This document shows, piece after piece, positions 59,488-64,000 of a DNA stretch of 64,000 nt (the stretch's first letter is position 1; each line of letters begins with the position of its first letter). The notes beneath the pieces are model-generated. The model was not told the DNA's origin. It searched no databases and saw only the letters and a program-made list of their open reading frames with translations. Origin of the DNA: an uncultured Sphingomonas sp. (GTDB lineage: Bacteria > Pseudomonadota > Alphaproteobacteria > Sphingomonadales > Sphingomonadaceae); the NCBI RefSeq assembly GCF_964243205.1, contig NZ_CAXTEO010000012.1. One strand, given 5' to 3'. The position numbers were made by a program, and so were the translations under genes.

Positions 59488-61410
59488 GTGAGCGGTAGGT
59501 GGATGCGGCGCGACGAAGGGTCGCAACCCGGTGCGATCGCGTTCTTGGCCATCATTGGCGTGGTGATGAGCGCCGCGATCGGCGCCGTCGCTGTCCTGTT
59601 CAAGGCGCATCTGCTGAGCGTGCATACGCCGTGGCGCAAGGTGCCGGCCGCCCTCTGGGCGCTGAAGGGCTATCCGATCGTCTATCAGCCGTTCCTGATC
59701 GGGTTTGGCATTGGCCTGGTGCTGACCATCATCCTGATCGTCTCGACGCTGTTCACGCGCCAGAAGCTGCACGGCGAGGCGCGTTGGGCGCGCGCCCCCG
59801 AGGTCAAGAAAGGCCTGCTGCTATCCGAAACCGGCATCGTGCTTGGCAAATTCAACGGGAAGGTCATGCGCTTTGGCGGTCCCGAGCATGTCATGCTCGA
59901 GGCGCCGACCCGCGCCGGCAAGGGTGTGGGCGTTATCATCCCCAACCTGCTCGACTGGCGGGACTCGTTGGTCGTGCTCGACATCAAACAGGAAAATTAC
60001 GACAACACCGCCGGCTATCGCAAAGACGTCCTTCGCCAGATCGTGCTGCTGTTCAATCCGCTCGATCCGACCGGCCGCACCGTGCGGTGGAATCCGCTTG
60101 GCTACATCAACCGGCGCGACCCGGTCGAGGTCATCAACGAGCTGCAGAAGATCGCGGCGATGCTCTACCCCGATCCGCTCACCGGCGAGAAGTTCTGGGC
60201 CGAAGGTGCGCGAACCGCGTTCCTCGGCGTGACCGCCTATATTGCCGCGACCGTCGACGACGGCGAGGACGCGCTCCCGTTCACGATCGGCGAGGTCTAT
60301 CGGCAGTTCGCCGCCCCTGATGCCCAACGGCGGTTCCCGAAGATCATCGCGGCCCGGGAAAAGGCTGGTAAGCCGCTGTCGACCGCGTGCGTCTCGGCGA
60401 TTCAGGATTACACCGGCTCGTCGGCCAACACATTCTCTGGCCTGCGTCAGTCGGTCACGTCCAAGATCAATGCCTGGCTCAACCCATATGTCGATGCCGC
60501 GACCTCCGAGAGCGATTTCGATCTGAGCGAGTTCCGGGATAAACGGATCTCGCTCTACCTCGGCGTTTCTCCGGACGATCTGGAGCGGGTAGCCCCGATC
60601 TACGGGCTGCTCTTTCAGCAGCTCATCGACCGCAACGTCCGCGAGCTGCCGAAGGACGGCAAGCATCAGATCAAGGTGCTGCTTGCGCTCGACGAGTTCG
60701 CTAGTCTCGGCAAATGCACCGTGCTGGCGAACGCCTTCAGCTATGTCGCCGGCTATGGGTTGCGGATGCTGCCGGCGTTTCAGTCGCTCGAGCAGATCCA
60801 AGGCGTCTATGGTGACAAGGTCGCGGCCGATATCGAGCGCAACTGCGCCGTACGGCTGGTGCTTCGCCCTGCCGCTTTGTCCGAGGCGAAGAAGATCTCG
60901 GACCAGCTCGGCAGCTACACGTACAAGGCGCGGTCGCGCTCGATGGGAACTTGGGGTGGTGGAGGCGGGTCGACCTCCGAGTCCGACCAGCGCCGGCCGC
61001 TGATGCTTCCGCAGGAAGTCGAGCTGCTGCCGGAAGACGATCTCATCGCCTTCCGGCGCGGCATGTACGCGACCTATGGCAAGAAGGTCCGCTATTATGC
61101 CGAGAAAAAGCTGGCTGAGCGGACCAAGATCCCAGCGCCGCAGATGCCCCCGATCCGCGTCGATCCGGCGATCGCGGCGAATAGCCTGAGGGTCATCGAG
61201 GCGACGCAGGTCGCCGATAATGCTAATGCCGCGTCTCAGACGACCAGCGTCGCACCGACGGCTGAAGCTGTCACCACTATCGACGCCACTACCAAGCGGC
61301 CAACTGGATTGAACCAGGCGGCAATCAAGGCTTGTTTGGCGGTTCCCGCGAATCAGCGTGTCGCCAAGCTCTTCGAAGGTGTTATTATGCAGCATGAAAG
61401 AGCTACATAA
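59488..61410 (+). CDS. virD4: Type IV coupling protein VirD4/TraG
   Basis: N-terminal TM segments; HGEARWA, APTRAGKG, LDIKQE and LDEFASLG motifs. Confidence 0.95.
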   Translation: MSGRWMRRDEGSQPGAIAFLAIIGVVMSAAIGAVAVLFKAHLLSVHTPWRKVPAALWALKGYPIVYQPFLIGFGIGLVLTIILIVSTLFTRQKLHGEARWARAPEVKKGLLLSETGIVLGKFNGKVMRFGGPEHVMLEAPTRAGKGVGVIIPNLLDWRDSLVVLDIKQENYDNTAGYRKDVLRQIVLLFNPLDPTGRTVRWNPLGYINRRDPVEVINELQKIAAMLYPDPLTGEKFWAEGARTAFLGVTAYIAATVDDGEDALPFTIGEVYRQFAAPDAQRRFPKIIAAREKAGKPLSTACVSAIQDYTGSSANTFSGLRQSVTSKINAWLNPYVDAATSESDFDLSEFRDKRISLYLGVSPDDLERVAPIYGLLFQQLIDRNVRELPKDGKHQIKVLLALDEFASLGKCTVLANAFSYVAGYGLRMLPAFQSLEQIQGVYGDKVAADIERNCAVRLVLRPAALSEAKKISDQLGSYTYKARSRSMGTWGGGGGSTSESDQRRPLMLPQEVELLPEDDLIAFRRGMYATYGKKVRYYAEKKLAERTKIPAPQMPPIRVDPAIAANSLRVIEATQVADNANAASQTTSVAPTAEAVTTIDATTKRPTGLNQAAIKACLAVPANQRVAKLFEGVIMQHERAT

Positions 61411-61764
61411 TATTGAAAATAGGCCGCAAGGGACTTCTATTTTTACTAGCTATATTCTAGTTTTGTAAGTTCTGTTTATTCATACTCTATTTTCCCTACC
61501 TTATATGGCCAAGATATTTCGCTAATTCATTCGAAAGAAATCACGCCCAGATTGCGGTAATATTACGGCCAAGTGCCTTTTGAGCCTCTTTCCCTACATC
61601 CGTTACCGCCGAGCTTTCTAAACGAGCGCCGCCGAGCACTGCATCGAGAGCAATGGATCTCTGCAACGGCGATAGTATGTGTTCAAGCAGACTTCCACCA
61701 CCGCTAGCGGCTTCGACCGCAGCAGTTCGAGCGAATCATCACATGGGATCCGCCTCCCGCATCG

Positions 61765-61960
61765 GTAAGCGTCCGGTCTGCCGCGCCTTGCGGGTGGTGT
61801 GAGCCGCAGACCACAGATGCGGCATTGTGGCTACGTTGATTACCGATGGTTCGGGCACAGGCGGGGCGGAGGCGCGTCGGCGGTTTAGCGATGACGACAA
61901 GGCGCCGATCGTCTTGGAGGCGATAATGCCGGGGGCGAGCGTTTCGCATGTCGCCCGGCC
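61765..61960 (+). mobile_element. IS66-family left-end remnant with tnpA fragment
   Basis: GTAAGCGTCCGG terminus; RRRFSDDDKAPIVLEAIMPGASVSHVAR, after which similarity is lost. Confidence 0.7.
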
Positions 61961-62208
61961 GGCTGCGGGTCCGACCAGGCTCTATTTGGGACGCCGGCCC
62001 GCATCCGGTCCGATCTTGAGAAGGACGGGAACCGGGCTCGCGGCGCCGGAAACACCCTTGTCGTCTCCAGCGTTCCCGCCCCTGCGTCCGGCGGTACCAG
62101 CTAAGTCTGCCGGATCGGCAGCAAAATGCCCGGATTGCCGTCCAGGCGCCGATTAAGGTAAAGATTGCTGGCAAGCCATCGGCAGGATGGATTGCGCAGG
62201 AAATTGGG

Positions 62209-62433
62209 ATGCACACCGAGCAGCATTTGGCACTCAGCGCCGTCCTCACCGGATTGCGGCGAGCGGGTGCGATCGACAGACACGCCGTAAAGTGCATCGT
62301 GGAGGCGATCGGGGAAACCGCGGCGGCGGCTCAACCGAGTTGCCCCGGCACGGCGGAAGGGTTGCGGAAGCTCGCGAGAGCCCTTGAAGAGGGTCCCGTT
62401 CGCTCGTGCCGAATCGACGTCGCCGCGGGCTAG
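62209..62433 (+). CDS. Hypothetical protein
   Basis: 74-aa ORF with an upstream AGGA; convergent overlap with the peptidase stop. Confidence 0.4.
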   Translation: MHTEQHLALSAVLTGLRRAGAIDRHAVKCIVEAIGETAAAAQPSCPGTAEGLRKLARALEEGPVRSCRIDVAAG

Positions 62434-64000
62434 CCCCTTGTGGCGCCGGTGATCGCAGGCGCGACCTGGATCCGCAGCGCGCGAGTCATGTCGAGATAAG
62501 TCTGCGACGCCGCTTGGATGTCGGCCGGCGTCACTGCAAGCAGATCGCTCTCCTGACGCAGTGCGGCCGGGATCTGGCGGGGGTCGCGCGCCGCGCCGGT
62601 CAGGACGGCCATCCAATACGCGTTGCCGTTGCGCTCGTTGCGCAGCCGGTCCAGCAGCGGCAGCCGCGCTCTCAGCAACTCGTCCCGACTGATCGGCGTG
62701 CGCTTGAGATCCTCCGCGATAGTCGACACCGCTTGGAAATAGCCTTCGTCGAATGCCGGGTTGACCGTCGCCCGGCTAATCAGGAAACCAAACCCCAGGA
62801 ACGAGCGTGAGAGATTGGTCGTGACCGATGCGGAGTAGGTCGCCCCCCGCTTCTCCCTAACCTCCTCCAGCTCGCGGCTCGTTAGGACGGCGGCCAGCAC
62901 CTGCAGTGCGGCCGAACGGCGCAGGTCGGCATAGTAGTCCGTCGCGGGCCACGCGATCACGCTCAGATTCTGGTCCGCGCGGCCGTCATGCGCGTAGACA
63001 CGGTGCAGGGCGCGCGTCGGGAACCGGACCAGATCCGCGCCGGGAACGGGCTTTGCGGTCAGAAGAGCTGGTAGCGCCCCCAGCGTGACGCCGACCTCGC
63101 GGATCGCTTCATCGGTGGTGATGTCGCCGACCACGGTCACATCCACTGGGCCGTGGCCCATCTGTTCTTTGACCAGCGCGACGATGCGCCCGTGGTTTAC
63201 GGCAAGCGCCTGTCCCAGCGAGGGCGTCGCGAAGCGCGGATCGCCGTCGAACGGATCCGCGCTCGCACGCAGCGCATAGACGCCTTCAGGCGACGTCCGA
63301 TTGCTCGCGAACGAGGAGGCGAGCGCGGTCTTGAGCTGGGCGAGCGCTTCCGGCCGGAAGCCGGGATCCGTCACGAACGCGGTAAGTAGCTGCATCTGCA
63401 GCGGCAGATCGGCGCGGGTCGTGGAACCGCTGAGGCTGGCCGCATTGCGGCCGATGTTGAAGTCCAGTCCATAGAGTTTGCCCGCCAGGGCGTCGTTAAG
63501 GTCGTCGCCCGAAAGCTTCCCTAGGCCACCGGAGAACAGGCCGAGCGCGTTCGCCATGAACAGCGTAGCGCCGTCCTTGGGCGCAATACCCAGATCGCCA
63601 TTGCCGAGCTGAACCGAGACGTGGACCGCATCGTCCTCGAAGCGTGTCCGCTTGACTGTGAGGGTCACGCCATTGGCGAAGCGGATGCGGGTCGCGTCGA
63701 CCTGCGGGATGGTCTCGGTCGAGACCACGGCTGACGCCTTACCAAAACCCGTGTAGGGCCAGTTACCGGCGCTCGGCGAAGCGAAGCGGCTGATCGGCGC
63801 CGCCATCGCGGAGCGATAGGCTTCGAGCATCGCGGCTTCGTTGAAGGTGCCAGGCGTCGAGGTCTGACGCCATAGCAGCGGCGGCTCCTCGAGCCGGGCA
63901 CGCTGCAGCCTGGCGAGGATCGCAGTGCGCGTGAACCGGGGGACGAGCACGTCGAATTCGGCGAGTGCCTGTGCAGGCGACTGCAGCACGTCGCGGGCGC
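62430..64000 (-). CDS. M16 family zinc peptidase, C-terminal part (5' end outside the window)
   Basis: FANGVTL, VVGDI and EEVREKRGATYS motifs. Confidence 0.85.
   Translation of the reverse strand, partial: ARDVLQSPAQALAEFDVLVPRFTRTAILARLQRARLEEPPLLWRQTSTPGTFNEAAMLEAYRSAMAAPISRFASPSAGNWPYTGFGKASAVVSTETIPQVDATRIRFANGVTLTVKRTRFEDDAVHVSVQLGNGDLGIAPKDGATLFMANALGLFSGGLGKLSGDDLNDALAGKLYGLDFNIGRNAASLSGSTTRADLPLQMQLLTAFVTDPGFRPEALAQLKTALASSFASNRTSPEGVYALRASADPFDGDPRFATPSLGQALAVNHGRIVALVKEQMGHGPVDVTVVGDITTDEAIREVGVTLGALPALLTAKPVPGADLVRFPTRALHRVYAHDGRADQNLSVIAWPATDYYADLRRSAALQVLAAVLTSRELEEVREKRGATYSASVTTNLSRSFLGFGFLISRATVNPAFDEGYFQAVSTIAEDLKRTPISRDELLRARLPLLDRLRNERNGNAYWMAVLTGAARDPRQIPAALRQESDLLAVTPADIQAASQTYLDMTRALRIQVAPAITGATRG

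Noticed and set aside
1-64000. Interpretation as an integrated ICE
   Set aside because: No integrase, tRNA or att-like direct repeat found; two plasmid initiators are present

Overview
GC-rich alphaproteobacterial DNA, most likely from a sphingomonad plasmid; no integrase, tRNA or att site is seen. It has four parts. (1) 1-26.2 kb is cargo: oxidoreductase, hydrolase and oxidative-stress genes with their regulators, an MFS transporter, an ABC-F ATPase, an IS5-family remnant, OmpA and a hybrid histidine kinase. (2) 26.3-37.7 kb is a minus-strand leading-region-type block (ardC, parB-like, strawberry-notch helicase/methylase, toprim, ssb, HNH-like proteins) whose genes share conserved structured upstream elements. 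(3) 40-46.6 kb holds two replication initiators (RPA-family and RepC) with six 23-bp iteron-like repeats, followed by an XRE/LysR/two-domain GNAT/XRE/degenerate-resolvase module. (4) 46.7-61.4 kb is a complete VirB1-11/VirD4 type IV secretion operon with no relaxase in the window, followed by an IS66 scar and a partial M16 peptidase. The most striking observation is that the entry-exclusion lipoprotein ends in nearly the same 23-residue C-terminal peptide as VirB5 (15/23 identical, with divergent codons), suggesting exclusion by mimicry of the pilus-tip protein. All family assignments come from motif recognition by eye; no database searches were run.
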